In this document: one piece after another, positions 29,794-40,329 of the stretch
Numbering within the stretch: the first letter of the stretch is position 1
Layout of the letters: every line of letters starts with the position of its first letter
NCBI GenBank assembly: GCA_949299565.1
Contig: OX437086.1
Coordinates: 678,919-742,918, forward strand
Reading direction: 5' to 3'
Origin: an uncultured Bacillota bacterium
GTDB taxonomy: Bacteria > Bacillota_I > Bacilli_A > RFN20 > CAG-826
DNA length: 64,000 bases
Position numbers and translations under genes: made by a program
Notes under the pieces: model-generated
Seen by the model: the letters and a program-made list of their open reading frames with translations, nothing else
Told to the model about the DNA's origin: nothing
Database searches by the model: none

Positions 29794-30435
29794 TTGGCTT
29801 TAAATATTCGGCGTCTTGTTGCGCCAGTAGCACAAAGCAATGTTTATCTGGTCCGGAAGGATAATCTCCTTCCGGTCCTTTTTGATACTGGAAGCCCTGA
29901 TGGCCGATGGCTGTTAAAGATTTTAAAGCAAGAAAAGATTGATTTGGCGGCTATTTTCTTGACGCATGGACATTTTGATCATATCGGAGGACTTGCCTCT
30001 CTTTCTTCTTTAGATGTGCCGACATATCTTGCTATCGAGGATCAAGAATTTCTTTTAGATCCTGAATACAACGGGAGTCTATATTTCGGATTACCGCCTT
30101 TGATGATTGAAGTCAACGCCACCGACTTTTTAGACGGCGAAGTGATTGAATGCCCAAAAGCCGGTTTAAAGATTAAAGCGATTAAAACGCCGTTTCATAC
30201 ACGAGGATCGTCTTGCTTTTATCTAGAAGAGGCTAAAATTCTTTTTACGGGCGATACCCTATTTCGAGGCTCAATCGGGCGCGATGATTTAATGGGCGCT
30301 TGTCCGCGTTTTTTAAGCGCTAGTCTTCATAAGATTACATCTTTAAAAGGTGAAACCGTAATTTATCCCGGACATGGAGCAATGTCGACTCTCGACTTTG
30401 AAAAGAAAAATAATCCGTTCTTAAAAAATATATAA
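29794..30435 (+). CDS. MBL-fold metallo-hydrolase
   Basis: FLTHGHFDHIGG is the HxHxDH motif. Later His and Asp ligands are present (FHTRGS, GDTLF, PGHG). Confidence 0.7.
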   Translation: MALNIRRLVAPVAQSNVYLVRKDNLLPVLFDTGSPDGRWLLKILKQEKIDLAAIFLTHGHFDHIGGLASLSSLDVPTYLAIEDQEFLLDPEYNGSLYFGLPPLMIEVNATDFLDGEVIECPKAGLKIKAIKTPFHTRGSSCFYLEEAKILFTGDTLFRGSIGRDDLMGACPRFLSASLHKITSLKGETVIYPGHGAMSTLDFEKKNNPFLKNI

Positions 30436-30490
30436 GGTGGAAAAAAGCGTCTACAAGTGGTAGATTTTCTCAGGATAAGGAGTTTTAACA

Positions 30491-31048
30491 ATGAACGTTA
30501 CAGAATTAAGACCAGGTAATTACTTTGAAGATGAAGGAGTTCTTTATCAAGTTATCGATATCCTTCTCAATAAAACAGCCATGCGCAAGATGGTTGCAAA
30601 AGTGAAAGTCAGAAATGTCAGAAGCGGTGCGATTACGGAATTAGCCCGCAATAGCGGATACGATGTGACTCAAGTGTCGGTCAACAAGCGCCCGATGCAA
30701 TATCTTTACGATTCTGGAAATACTCTTGTTTTCATGGATCCAAAAACTTATGAGCAAATTGAGCTGCCGAAGAACGGAATGGATATGTACATTCCATATT
30801 TGGCGCCAGAGGGTGAAGTTACAATTTCGACTTATGATGATGAAATTCTCGGTTTGGAGCTTCCGAGCAAGGTTGCTTTGACTGTCATTGACTGTGAACC
30901 GGGAGTCCGCGGAGACACGGTGACCAACGGTGGTTCTAAAGACGCGACATTAGAGACCGGCTTAAAGATTCGCATTCCGCTTTTCATCGAAAAAGGCGAA
31001 AAAGTTCTTGTCGACACAACGACAGGAAAATATGACAAGAGGGCCTAA
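30491..31048 (+). CDS. efp: Translation elongation factor P
   Basis: 185 aa with three OB/KOW-like domains. The conserved Lys loop region ...KVKVRNVRSG... is present. Confidence 0.93.
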   Translation: MNVTELRPGNYFEDEGVLYQVIDILLNKTAMRKMVAKVKVRNVRSGAITELARNSGYDVTQVSVNKRPMQYLYDSGNTLVFMDPKTYEQIELPKNGMDMYIPYLAPEGEVTISTYDDEILGLELPSKVALTVIDCEPGVRGDTVTNGGSKDATLETGLKIRIPLFIEKGEKVLVDTTTGKYDKRA

Positions 31049-31050
31049 TA

Positions 31051-31272
31051 ATGACTTTGGAACCGTGGCTTTTTGTTATTTATCTGCTCTTGTGCGTTAT
31101 TGCGGGGCTAGTGATCGGTTTCTTCGCCGCTCGCGCTTTCTTCAAAAAACAGCTGAAGAAAAATCCGCCAATCAATGAAAACATGATTCGCGCGATGTTT
31201 ATGCAGATGGGGCGTAAACCATCAGAAGCGCAAATTCGTGCTGTCATGAATTCAATGAAGCGCAGTCAATAA
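31051..31272 (+). CDS. UPF0154 (YneF-like) small membrane protein
   Basis: One N-terminal helix, then KKQLKKNPPINENMIRAMFMQMGRKPSEAQI, near-identical in pattern to Bacillus YneF. Confidence 0.7.
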   Translation: MTLEPWLFVIYLLLCVIAGLVIGFFAARAFFKKQLKKNPPINENMIRAMFMQMGRKPSEAQIRAVMNSMKRSQ

Positions 31273-31290
31273 ATTAATAAAAATAAGATA

Positions 31291-31322
31291 GAAGAGGAGG
31301 GCAAAGACCCTCTTCTTTTTTT
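31291..31322 (+). terminator. Rho-independent terminator after efp and the UPF0154 gene
   Basis: GAAGAGG-agggcaaaga-CCTCTTC followed by TTTTTTTG. Confidence 0.65.
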
Positions 31323-31658
31323 GTTCTTTTTTGATAGTTATATTTCTTCTACATCGATTATTTTTATATTTTTATGATCGATAAGCAAGAGCACGTATTG
31401 AATTGAGGAACGCTACTTATATTTGATGTCACAAGTTATTTTATAATGGTTTTGCTAATGGCAATTACCAATAATCGTCTAATCTTTTGCTTTTGTTGAA
31501 AGAAGTGGAAATATAGAAGAGATGATAATTAGAGTAACGGGTAGCAAGAAATTAAATTAGTAGAAATATTTGATAAGTATTGAAGCGATTTATTAAAAAT
31601 ATTTAATAATCGAATATTTTATAAGAAAACAGCATATTACAAATCGCGGCGTCAATCT

Positions 31659-31686
31659 AAAACAAGTATCATAACTTGTTTTTTAA
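31659..31686 (+). terminator. Terminator-like hairpin with a 3' T-tract on the + strand, in otherwise gene-free AT-rich DNA
   Basis: AAAACAAGT-atcata-ACTTGTTTT followed by TTTTAAG. The T-run is good only on the + strand. It lies 44 bp past the plsY stop, on the opposite strand. Confidence 0.4.
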
Positions 31687-31729
31687 GAATAAAATATTTT
31701 CTCCACAACAAAAGAAATAACTACTAATT

Positions 31730-32470
31730 TTATCCTTGATATTTACTTGGCCATTCAACCGGTTTTTCGGTTCCATTTTTAAGTCTTGATATGTTTTGTC
31801 GATGGCGATAAACCATGATTAAATAGGTGATCGTTGTCACGCTTGCCGCACAATAGCCAAAGAAAGCACCGCCTGGTTCTAAGTTGAAGACCCATGTTAA
31901 AAAGAGGCAATCGTTCCCGCTTGTTTTAACGACTATGCACATGATCCATTCGAAAACAACAAGAGCTAATCCGGATAGAAGCGATGAATAACTGACAATT
32001 TTCTTTTTTAAAAAAGGTGTGAAGAAGGCAATTAGACAGGCAATGAGTCCAAGCCAAGAAGTTCCGCCAACAATTCCCATGAAACAACTGACAGCTTTTC
32101 CTCCCTGGAATTTGAGAAAGATACTCCAGCAATGTCCAATCACTGCTCCAAAACCAGCTAGCCAATAGTAGAGTTCTCCGTTCATGAAAAGAACTCCATC
32201 ATCGCTTAAATACGTGAAGGAAATAATTGCCCAACTGATCCAAAAGGCTAGAACAGCTTTCAAAATGTCTAATGCAATTACTAAAACACCGATCTTTTTT
32301 CCGAAAATACGGCCTGAATTGGTGCCGCCTGAATTATGGCTTCCGTAATTTCGGGGATCCTTATGAAAGAAAATTCTTCCAATCATGACTCCGCTTGGAA
32401 TCGAACCAAGGAAGTAACCGAGAAGAAACAAAGATACGGCAATCAGAATGTTGAGACTTAGAAAATCCAT
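31730..32470 (-). CDS. plsY: Glycerol-3-phosphate acyltransferase PlsY (acyl-phosphate dependent)
   Basis: GSHNSGGTNSGRIFGKKIGVLVIALDILK is the PlsY motif, with multiple membrane helices. Near parE/parC, as yneS is in Bacillus. Confidence 0.85.
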   Translation of the reverse strand: MDFLSLNILIAVSLFLLGYFLGSIPSGVMIGRIFFHKDPRNYGSHNSGGTNSGRIFGKKIGVLVIALDILKAVLAFWISWAIISFTYLSDDGVLFMNGELYYWLAGFGAVIGHCWSIFLKFQGGKAVSCFMGIVGGTSWLGLIACLIAFFTPFLKKKIVSYSSLLSGLALVVFEWIMCIVVKTSGNDCLFLTWVFNLEPGGAFFGYCAASVTTITYLIMVYRHRQNISRLKNGTEKPVEWPSKYQG

Positions 32471-32584
32471 AGTTTGCGGGATCCTCCTGAAAAGATTTTC
32501 AGCGATTTGCGTTCAAGAATCTATCAAAACTACTCATAAATTTGTTATAATCCCTTGGATTATTTTGTGAGTTTGGGAAAAAAG

Positions 32585-34552
32585 ATGGACGATATAACAA
32601 ATGCTGAAAAAAAGTATACCGCTTCCGATATTGAAGTTTTAGGTGAATTGGAGGGCGTGCGCAAACGCCCGGGCATGTATATCGGGAGCACCAATCTCAC
32701 AGGATTACATCATCTAGTTTGGGAAATGGTTGATAACGCCGTTGACGAGGCTGTCAATGGTTACGGGAATCGTGTGCAAGTGACGATGTGGAAGGACGGC
32801 TCGATTTCTGTTGAAGATGAAGGGAGAGGCGTTCCTGTCGATATCCACCCGCAAGCAGGAATTCCGGCTGTCCAACTCATCTATACAACTCTTCACTCTG
32901 GCGGGAAATTCAATTCGAAGATTTATCAAACCAGCGCTGGACTTCATGGCGTTGGAGCGACAGTTACCAACGCTTTGAGCGAATGGCTTGATGTTACCGT
33001 TTATCGTCAGGGAAAGATTTATCATATTCGCTTTCATAATGGTGGCGAATTAGAGACGCCGCTTGAATGCCTAGGAAATACGAACAAACACGGCACGATC
33101 GTCCGTTTTAAACCAGATCCATCGATTTTTCCGAACGTTAAATTTAATTACGACACGATTCAAAATCGTTTAGAGGAAAAATCATATTTATTGACGGGTG
33201 TCCGCTTTGTTCTCAAAGATCAAAGCACTGGATCAACTGCCGAATTTTATTGTCAAAACGGACTTCGCGAATACGTTGAAAGCCTTAATCGCAATAAGAT
33301 GCCGCTTGGCGAGATCATCGATTTTAAGGGCGAAAGTTCGGGCATCAAAGTTGAGATTGCCATGCAGTGGTGCCTCAACGACTACAAAGAAAATATCTAT
33401 TCCTATGCGAATGATGTGCGGACGGCAGACGGCGGTACGCACGAGCAAGGCTTTAAGAGTGCCTTAACGAAAACAATCAATGACTGGGCTCTTCAGAATG
33501 AACTAATTAGAGCCAATCAATCGCTTGAAGGGATTGACATTCGTGAAGGATTAACCGCGATCATTTCTGTCAAAATACCCGAAAATAAACTCGAATATGA
33601 GGGACAAACGAAAGGAAAACTTGGAACACCGGAAGCTGGACCGGTTGTTGGAGGGCTTGTTCAAAGCAAATTCCTTTATTTTCTCAACGAGCATAAAAAC
33701 TTTGCTGTCGAGTTGATTAAAAAGTGCGAAGCTTCAAGGAATGTTCGTGAAGCCGCCCGTAAAGCTAAAGAGGCAGCTCGCGGATCTAAAAAGAAAAGCG
33801 TCGACTTCATGCTTTCGGATAAACTCGCGAGCGCTCAGTCGAAAGATTATAAAAATAATGAACTTTTTATCGTTGAGGGCGATTCCGCTGGCGGATCAGC
33901 TAAAACCGGACGCGATCGTTTGCATCAAGCGATTTTGCCGTTGCGCGGAAAGCCTTTAAACACTGATTCTTTGCCGCTTGAAAAGATTGTCGAAAACGTT
34001 GAATTTTCAACGCTTATTCAGACGATAGGCGCGGGTGTCGGCTCTGATTTTGACCCGGATGATTCGCATTATGGAAAAATTATCATCATGACAGACGCCG
34101 ATACTGACGGAGCGCACATCCAGACTCTGCTTCTTACTTTCTTTTACAATTACATGAAGCCTCTCATCGATCGAGGGATGGTTTATTTAGCGCAACCGCC
34201 TCTTTATCGTGTCTACAAAAAAAGCGATCCGAGTAAGCACGTTTATTGTTGGACTGATGAGGAATTACAAAAAGCGAAAGCAAAGATCGGCGCTGGATAT
34301 GGAATCAACCGCTATAAGGGTCTCGGTGAAATGAATCCTTCGCAGTTGGCAGAAACGACGATGAATAAAGAAACACGTCAGTTATTGCGTGTGACAATCG
34401 AAGACGCGCTTATCGTTGAAAAACGAATCGGGACCTTGATGGGCAAAGACAGTGCGCCTCGTTGGCGTTGGATTCAGGAGAATGTCGTTTTCAATGAATT
34501 CGATAGTTTCCAAGAAGAAATAAAAGGAGGCTCCAGTCATGAAAAGCAATAA
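32585..34552 (+). CDS. parE: Type II topoisomerase ATPase subunit, probably topoisomerase IV ParE rather than GyrB
   Basis: GHKL ATPase ([29 protein letters not shown]) and a TOPRIM domain. Sits next to plsY and yneF-like genes as Bacillus parE does, and its partner has ParC-like features. Confidence 0.6.
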   Translation: MDDITNAEKKYTASDIEVLGELEGVRKRPGMYIGSTNLTGLHHLVWEMVDNAVDEAVNGYGNRVQVTMWKDGSISVEDEGRGVPVDIHPQAGIPAVQLIYTTLHSGGKFNSKIYQTSAGLHGVGATVTNALSEWLDVTVYRQGKIYHIRFHNGGELETPLECLGNTNKHGTIVRFKPDPSIFPNVKFNYDTIQNRLEEKSYLLTGVRFVLKDQSTGSTAEFYCQNGLREYVESLNRNKMPLGEIIDFKGESSGIKVEIAMQWCLNDYKENIYSYANDVRTADGGTHEQGFKSALTKTINDWALQNELIRANQSLEGIDIREGLTAIISVKIPENKLEYEGQTKGKLGTPEAGPVVGGLVQSKFLYFLNEHKNFAVELIKKCEASRNVREAARKAKEAARGSKKKSVDFMLSDKLASAQSKDYKNNELFIVEGDSAGGSAKTGRDRLHQAILPLRGKPLNTDSLPLEKIVENVEFSTLIQTIGAGVGSDFDPDDSHYGKIIIMTDADTDGAHIQTLLLTFFYNYMKPLIDRGMVYLAQPPLYRVYKKSDPSKHVYCWTDEELQKAKAKIGAGYGINRYKGLGEMNPSQLAETTMNKETRQLLRVTIEDALIVEKRIGTLMGKDSAPRWRWIQENVVFNEFDSFQEEIKGGSSHEKQ

Positions 34553-37127
34553 GAAAAATGGTGAAGTTTCCTTTGTTGAAACGATCGCTGACGAGACTCT
34601 CGATGAGTTGATGGGGCAAAAATTTGCCATTTATGCGAAAGACGTTATTCAAGATCGTGCAATCCCCGATGCTCGTGACGGCTTAAAGCCAGTTCAACGC
34701 CGCATCCTCTATGATATGTGGGTTACCGGGAATACAATTGAGAAACCGACTAAGAAATGCGCGCACATCGTCGGAGACGTCATGGGCAAATACCATCCGC
34801 ATGGCGATTCATCAATTTATGAAGCGCTTGTTCATATGTCGCAAAAATGGGCATATCGTTATCCGCTTATTGACTTTCAAGGAAATAACGGGTCGATCGA
34901 TGGCGATGGTCCGGCCGCATATCGTTATACAGAAGCGCGTTTATCAGCGTTAGCATCCGAACTTTTACACGACATCGATGAAGAAACAGTCGATATGGAA
35001 CTGACGTTTGATGACACTCTTTATGAGCCGAGCGTTCTGCCAGCGCATTTCCCCAACTTGTTCGCAAATGGTTCAGAAGGCATCGCTGTCGGCATTTCCA
35101 CAAATATCCCTCCTCATAATTTAGGAGAGTTAAGCGAAGCGATTATCTATCGTCTTAAAAATCCGGAAGCGACAATTGATGAATATTTTTCGATTTTGCC
35201 AGGACCCGATTTCCCGACTGGCGGGATTATTTATCAAAGTGAAAGCTTGAAAGACATTTATCGCACCGGACGCGGCAAAGTCACTATTTCATCGAAAGTT
35301 GACATCGTTGAAAATAAAGGACATCGGCAAATTATCGTCTCGGAAATCCCATATCAAGTCAATAAATCTCTGCTTGTTAAATCTATTGATAAGATTAGGC
35401 ATGATCGAACAATTCCCGGTATTGAAGAAGTGCGAGACGAATCGGACAAAGATGGTTTAAGAATTGCGATCGATTTAAAAGATGAATGTAAACCTGAAGC
35501 TGTTTTAGCTTACCTTTTAGCCAAAACCCCCTTAAGAAGTTCTTATAGCGCCCACATGGTCGCGATTGTCGATAATCGTCCAAAAACAATCAATCTTTTA
35601 GATTATTTGGATGCCTATATCACTCATCAATTGGAAGTCATCACGCGACGAACTAAATTTTTGTTAGAGAAGAGCAATCGTCGTTTGGAAATTGTTAAGG
35701 GCTTATTCCAAGCGATTTCTTGTCTTGACGAAGTCGTGCGGATTATTCGTCTTTCAAATGACAAATCTGACGCGAAAATAAATTTGCAGGCTCGTTTTTC
35801 TTTCTCGGATTCTCAAGTTGAAGCGATTTTGATGATGCCGTTATATCGCCTTTCCAATACCGATATAAAAACATTGGAGAAAGAAGAAAGCGACTTAGAG
35901 AAAGCCATTAAAAAATATCAATCTCTCCTCGCTTCGCAAAGCAAACGCGAAGAGGTCATTATCAAAGAACTTTCCTTGATAAAAGAAAAATACGGAGATC
36001 AACGGCGGACCGCCATCGAAGAAGAGGAGGTCAGCGTCAATATCGACAAACGCGATTTGATTGCTGATGAAGAAGTCATGTGCGTCGTAACGCGCGATGG
36101 CTATTTGAAGCGTAGTTCCATCAAATCATGGAAAAGTTCTGGTGGCGAGCGTGGAGCAAAACCCGGCATTAAATCGGGCGATATTTTCTTGTTCCTGGGT
36201 CGCTGTTCGACGAAGGATTATTTATTGCTCTTCACCGAACGAGGCTATTATTTAGAAATTCCAGTCAATGAAGTCCGCGAGACAAAATGGAATGATGAAG
36301 GATTCCATGTTTCGTCTTTGGCTTCGATCGGAAACGGTGAAAAGCTTGTTTCAGCTTTTGTCGTCAGGAATTTCCGAAATGATGTTATGGTTGTAGCCTT
36401 AGCGAAATCCGGTCTCATCAAGCGCATGAGCCTAGCTTCTTTAGAACTTCAAAGAAGAAGCAAATCAGTAATGGCTTTTAAGCTCGATGCGACCGATGCG
36501 CTTGTCAAAGCGATGCCGACGTCCGGAAACGACAATCTCTTGTTGATTTCTGAAACTGGTGAAGCCTTAGTCTATAACGAAAACGAGATCAATCCGACTT
36601 CTCCTCGCTCTGGCGGCATTAAGGCTGGCGGCTTTAAAGGACGCCCCGTTGTGGGATTTTTATCTTTCAATCCCGATGAGAAGAAAACAAAAGTTGCTCT
36701 TATCACGGATCGCGGGCACTTGCGCGTTTTCGATGAGGAAAAATTGGAATTAAGCAAGAGAACAGCGCGTGCTACGCCTTTATACGGGATGTATAAAAAC
36801 GATCCGCATGTTTTAATCTTCTTTGATAAGGTTTCTGATAAGGCGGCGCCTTATTCTTATGATGCTGTTTTAAATGGCGGCCTTCGAATCGATATCACGT
36901 TCCAAGATTGGAATCTCACGCAGGAAAAAACCGCGCATAAAGCTGCTCCTGGCGAATTAATGGGCTTCCCGGCTCGCGGTCGCATCTTGCACGTTTCTCC
37001 GGAAGTTTCTTTAGTAGTCGACGATAATTTTAAGACCTTTAAGCCGACGAAATCCATCGAAAACGCAAACGAACAAAATCTTGATCCTTTTGAACAAATA
37101 TCACTTTTTGATGCTGAGGATGAGTGA
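34539..37127 (+). CDS. parC: Type II topoisomerase subunit A, probably topoisomerase IV ParC
   Basis: [17 protein letters not shown]...HPHGDSS...[18 protein letters not shown] is ParC-like (GyrA has GNFGS). No clear GyrA-box (QRRGGKG) in the C-terminal domain. Confidence 0.6.
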   Translation: MKSNKKNGEVSFVETIADETLDELMGQKFAIYAKDVIQDRAIPDARDGLKPVQRRILYDMWVTGNTIEKPTKKCAHIVGDVMGKYHPHGDSSIYEALVHMSQKWAYRYPLIDFQGNNGSIDGDGPAAYRYTEARLSALASELLHDIDEETVDMELTFDDTLYEPSVLPAHFPNLFANGSEGIAVGISTNIPPHNLGELSEAIIYRLKNPEATIDEYFSILPGPDFPTGGIIYQSESLKDIYRTGRGKVTISSKVDIVENKGHRQIIVSEIPYQVNKSLLVKSIDKIRHDRTIPGIEEVRDESDKDGLRIAIDLKDECKPEAVLAYLLAKTPLRSSYSAHMVAIVDNRPKTINLLDYLDAYITHQLEVITRRTKFLLEKSNRRLEIVKGLFQAISCLDEVVRIIRLSNDKSDAKINLQARFSFSDSQVEAILMMPLYRLSNTDIKTLEKEESDLEKAIKKYQSLLASQSKREEVIIKELSLIKEKYGDQRRTAIEEEEVSVNIDKRDLIADEEVMCVVTRDGYLKRSSIKSWKSSGGERGAKPGIKSGDIFLFLGRCSTKDYLLLFTERGYYLEIPVNEVRETKWNDEGFHVSSLASIGNGEKLVSAFVVRNFRNDVMVVALAKSGLIKRMSLASLELQRRSKSVMAFKLDATDALVKAMPTSGNDNLLLISETGEALVYNENEINPTSPRSGGIKAGGFKGRPVVGFLSFNPDEKKTKVALITDRGHLRVFDEEKLELSKRTARATPLYGMYKNDPHVLIFFDKVSDKAAPYSYDAVLNGGLRIDITFQDWNLTQEKTAHKAAPGELMGFPARGRILHVSPEVSLVVDDNFKTFKPTKSIENANEQNLDPFEQISLFDAEDE

Positions 37128-37648
37128 TGAAACTGTTCTTGTCCAAAAGCGTTTACGCGTTAGATTTAGCGTTCCTTAAAGAAAAGGGTTACTGTTATTT
37201 GCTTTTAGACCTCGACAATACTTTAGATTATCCGTCCACGAAGATTGCGAGTTTAAAAGCCAAAAAGTTTTTCTTAGAATCTTCGTCTTTTGATTTAAAA
37301 ATCGCGATCGTCTCCAATAACACTCATAAGCGCTTAACGAAATATTTAGAAAATGTCGACGTTCCCTTTCTTTCTTCAGCTCATAAACCCGCTACGAAAC
37401 GTTTAAAAAAATTTCTCGAGGAATTGAATTGGGATCAAAATAAATGTTTGATGCTTGGAGATCAAGTTCTCACCGATTATGGATGCGCTAAAAAAATGGC
37501 GATTGATTTTGTTCTTTTAGAGCCGCTCAATCGTTCTGCCGATCATTTTTTCACGCGAATTAATCGGTTGTTAGAACGTCCGAAAAGAGCGAAAATTTTA
37601 AAGGGTGATTATCCGAAGTTAAAAACGAAGGAGCAAGATTATGAGTAA
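37124..37648 (+). CDS. yqeG: HAD-family (IIIA) phosphatase YqeG
   Basis: LLLDLDNTL (motif I DxD), SNN (motif II) and GDQVLTD (motif IV). Precedes yqeH as in Bacillus. Confidence 0.65.
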   Translation: MMKLFLSKSVYALDLAFLKEKGYCYLLLDLDNTLDYPSTKIASLKAKKFFLESSSFDLKIAIVSNNTHKRLTKYLENVDVPFLSSAHKPATKRLKKFLEELNWDQNKCLMLGDQVLTDYGCAKKMAIDFVLLEPLNRSADHFFTRINRLLERPKRAKILKGDYPKLKTKEQDYE

Positions 37649-38801
37649 ACTCGAAATTGTTCGCCGTTGCGCGATATGCGGTGCGGTATTGCAGACAAGC
37701 GACAAGAAAAAAGAAGGCTATGTCGATGAGGAGATTTTAGAAGAAACACCTCTTGACGGCGTTATCCTCTGCCAAAATTGTTTTCATGAGAATCGCTTCA
37801 ATAGAGCTCCGAAAGAAGCACCAGTGACTAAAGACTTTTTGACGATGCTGCGCGATGCTCAAGCTTCAGATGCCCTTATCGTCTATATTGTTGATTTGTT
37901 TTCTTTTGAATGTTCATTTCAAAAGCCCGTTATTGATTTGGTCAAGCGTTTACCGCTTCTTGTCATCGGGAATAAGCGTGATTTATTGCCGGACAACACT
38001 GACGACGACGCTTTAAAAGAATATGTTGCCCATCGTTTCCGTGTTGCCGGAGTCCAAATAAAATCTGATGATGTGGTCTTATCGAGCTTGTCATCTTTAA
38101 GCGATCTCACGCCAATCGTCAATTTGATTGAAGAAAAAAGGAAACGGCATGATGTTTATATCATCGGCGCGCCAGGATCTGGAAAATCGCTTTTCTTCAA
38201 CGGTTTTTTAAGAACGTTTGACAATAAAACTTCATATCAAATAACTACCGATTATTATCCGGGAACGTCCTTGCGGTTAATTAAAATTCCTCTCGATTCT
38301 TCAAGTGCTTTATATGATACGCCCGGGACCGGACTCGATAATTATTTAGCTTCTAAACTCGATGCGGTTTCTTTAAGAAACGTGACGCCAAGTGAAGCGA
38401 TACGTCCTCTCGATATCTCGATGGAAAGCGGAACGTCGCTTCTTATTGGAGGAGTCGCGCGTTTAGATCTCTTAAAAGGCTCGCCAAAAATTATTGTAAA
38501 AGCATATTTTGCTCCCGGCGTCGGGATTAAAAAGATTTCATCAAAATTAGATCCTGACGAGGAATTTAAGAAAGTTTTAAGCAACAAAAACATGGCTCCA
38601 AGTTCTTCGCTTCTTAATTCGTTAAAGGATTTCGATGTCTTTCAGGTTAAAGAAGAAATTGGCAATCGCGATTTGGGAATCGCTGGTTTAGGATGGATTT
38701 CCTATAAAGGCGATCAAAGCTCTTGGCGCATTTACGTTCCGCGCGATGTCGGCGTTTATGCTTCCAGGGCTAAAATCACTCTGAAAATCAAAAAAGACTA
38801 A
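37641..38801 (+). CDS. yqeH: Ribosome-biogenesis GTPase YqeH (circularly permuted)
   Basis: N-terminal zinc ribbon CAICG...CQNCF. G4 NKRDLL precedes G1 GAPGSGKS, the permuted order. Confidence 0.8.
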   Translation: MSKLEIVRRCAICGAVLQTSDKKKEGYVDEEILEETPLDGVILCQNCFHENRFNRAPKEAPVTKDFLTMLRDAQASDALIVYIVDLFSFECSFQKPVIDLVKRLPLLVIGNKRDLLPDNTDDDALKEYVAHRFRVAGVQIKSDDVVLSSLSSLSDLTPIVNLIEEKRKRHDVYIIGAPGSGKSLFFNGFLRTFDNKTSYQITTDYYPGTSLRLIKIPLDSSSALYDTPGTGLDNYLASKLDAVSLRNVTPSEAIRPLDISMESGTSLLIGGVARLDLLKGSPKIIVKAYFAPGVGIKKISSKLDPDEEFKKVLSNKNMAPSSSLLNSLKDFDVFQVKEEIGNRDLGIAGLGWISYKGDQSSWRIYVPRDVGVYASRAKITLKIKKD

Positions 38802-38806
38802 AAAAC

Positions 38807-39904
38807 ATGGAACGTTTGATTATTTTCGGCGGAGCGTTTGATCCGATTCACAACGGACATCTTCGTCTGGCTCAGGCCGCATCTTTGCTTTTAAACGCGG
38901 ATGTTGTTTTTGTTCCAGCCAAGTCTCCGCGTTGGAAAAAAACACAGGCGAGCGCGAAGGATCGCTTGAAAATGTTAAAATTAGCCTTGAGCGAAAAAGG
39001 AAGCGGCAGTTTTTCGTTATCAGACGTGGAACTTAAGCGCGACGATGAAGTAACTTATACGATAGATACTGTCCGCTATTTTAAAAACCGCTATCCACAA
39101 TATGAAATCTTGCTTTTGATGGGCGAAGATCAGGTTGAACGCTTTCCGAATTGGGAAGATGCTGATCTTCTTTCAAATATGGCAAACATTTATTACGTAA
39201 CGCGCAACAACCGAGAACCGGATCCAAGAATTCTTCAACGTTATAACATCAAATTGCTTAATTTTTCGGGAGCCGGCAACGTCTCATCGAGTGCTATCCG
39301 CAATTTACAATCGCTTGATATGCCTGGCAAAGTTTTAAATTACATCGAAAAAGAAAAACTTTACTATATGAAAGAATTGGGCGAGCGTCTCGATGAAAAA
39401 AGACTTGAGCATTCCCTTTCAGTCGCGCATCTTGCCATGTCAATTGCTTCTCGCAACCGCCTTGAAATCGCTGAGAAAGCCTATATCGCCGGCATTCTTC
39501 ATGATTTAGCAAAAGGAATGAGCATTGACGAAAGCAAAAAACGTTTAGAAGATGAAAACCCTGAGTTATTGAAACTGCCTTCCTATACTTGGCATCAATT
39601 TTTAGGAGCTTCTTTGGCCCGTGAAATTTTTAAAATTGAAGATCAAGAGATTTTAGACGCGATCAGTTATCATTGCACTGGGAAAAAGCATATGTCGCCT
39701 TTGGCGAAAATCATTTTCTCGGCTGATAAAATAGATCCGCTTCGAGGATATGATTCATCGCGTTTAATCAGAGCTTGTTATAGTTCTTACTATCTTGGCT
39801 TTTTAAAGGTATTAAAAGAGAATCGCGAATATTTAAAAGAGAAAGGACAGAATGACGATAATGTTCTTACGCAAGAATGTTATTCGCTCTATCTAGGAGA
39901 TTAA
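38807..39904 (+). CDS. nadD: Fused nicotinate-nucleotide adenylyltransferase NadD plus HD-domain hydrolase YqeK
   Basis: N-terminal IFGGAFDPIHNGHL (the (H/T)xGH nucleotidyltransferase motif). C-terminal half LEHSLSVAHLAMSIA...AGILHDLAK is the HD motif of YqeK. A single 365-aa ORF. Confidence 0.8.
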   Translation: MERLIIFGGAFDPIHNGHLRLAQAASLLLNADVVFVPAKSPRWKKTQASAKDRLKMLKLALSEKGSGSFSLSDVELKRDDEVTYTIDTVRYFKNRYPQYEILLLMGEDQVERFPNWEDADLLSNMANIYYVTRNNREPDPRILQRYNIKLLNFSGAGNVSSSAIRNLQSLDMPGKVLNYIEKEKLYYMKELGERLDEKRLEHSLSVAHLAMSIASRNRLEIAEKAYIAGILHDLAKGMSIDESKKRLEDENPELLKLPSYTWHQFLGASLAREIFKIEDQEILDAISYHCTGKKHMSPLAKIIFSADKIDPLRGYDSSRLIRACYSSYYLGFLKVLKENREYLKEKGQNDDNVLTQECYSLYLGD

Positions 39905-39906
39905 AA

Positions 39907-40230
39907 ATGAGACAACCAAAGATTTTGAAAATTATTGAAGAGACTTTAACCGAGCATAAGGCAGAAAATATAAGTGTGTTCAACGTTAAAGAACGAACGC
40001 CTTTTAACGATTACGCTGTGGTGGTTGAAGCACCGAACGAAAGAGCAATCGAAAGCTGGGGAGAATACCTCATCAAAGCTTTAGAAAAAAACGGCTTTAA
40101 AGTTCGGGCGAAAGAAGGAAATTCAAGTTCTAAATGGGTTATAATTGACGCAGGTGTAGCGATTATTCATTTGTTGGACAGCAAAGAAAAAGAACGCATA
40201 AATTTTGATGATTTATACGGCAAGTTCTAA
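39907..40230 (+). CDS. rsfS: Ribosomal silencing factor RsfS (Iojap)
   Basis: ~108 aa with the ...NDYAVVVEAPNERAIES...WVIIDAGVAIIHLL pattern of RsfS. In the yqeL position after nadD-yqeK. Confidence 0.75.
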   Translation: MRQPKILKIIEETLTEHKAENISVFNVKERTPFNDYAVVVEAPNERAIESWGEYLIKALEKNGFKVRAKEGNSSSKWVIIDAGVAIIHLLDSKEKERINFDDLYGKF

Positions 40231-40260
40231 TAGGATTAATAAACTAGTAGTTCGAAAGGT

Positions 40261-40289
40261 GATCAGCGGCTCTCACCGCTGATTTTTCA
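40261..40289 (+). terminator. Rho-independent terminator of the yqeG-rsfS operon
   Basis: GATCAGCGG-ctctca-CCGCTGAT followed by TTTTT. Confidence 0.65.
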
Positions 40290-40301
40290 TTGCTTTAATT
40301 A

Positions 40302-40329
40302 ACTTCGTATAATGTCCATTATGTTAAGT
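40302..40329. other. Candidate dif site (XerCD chromosome dimer resolution) at the point where gene orientation switches
   Basis: ACTTCGTATAA-TGTCCA-TTATGTTAAGT versus B. subtilis dif ACTTCCTAGAA-TATATA-TTATGTAAACT (arms 9/11 and 9/11) and the E. coli right arm TTATGTTAAAT (10/11). Located where + strand genes (1-40.2 kb) meet - strand genes (40.8-64 kb). Confidence 0.55.

Noticed and set aside
32555-37127. Calling the topoisomerase pair gyrB/gyrA
   Set aside because: The plsY/yneF-like context, the GNNGSID motif and the absence of a GyrA-box favour parE/parC. Confidence is only moderate.
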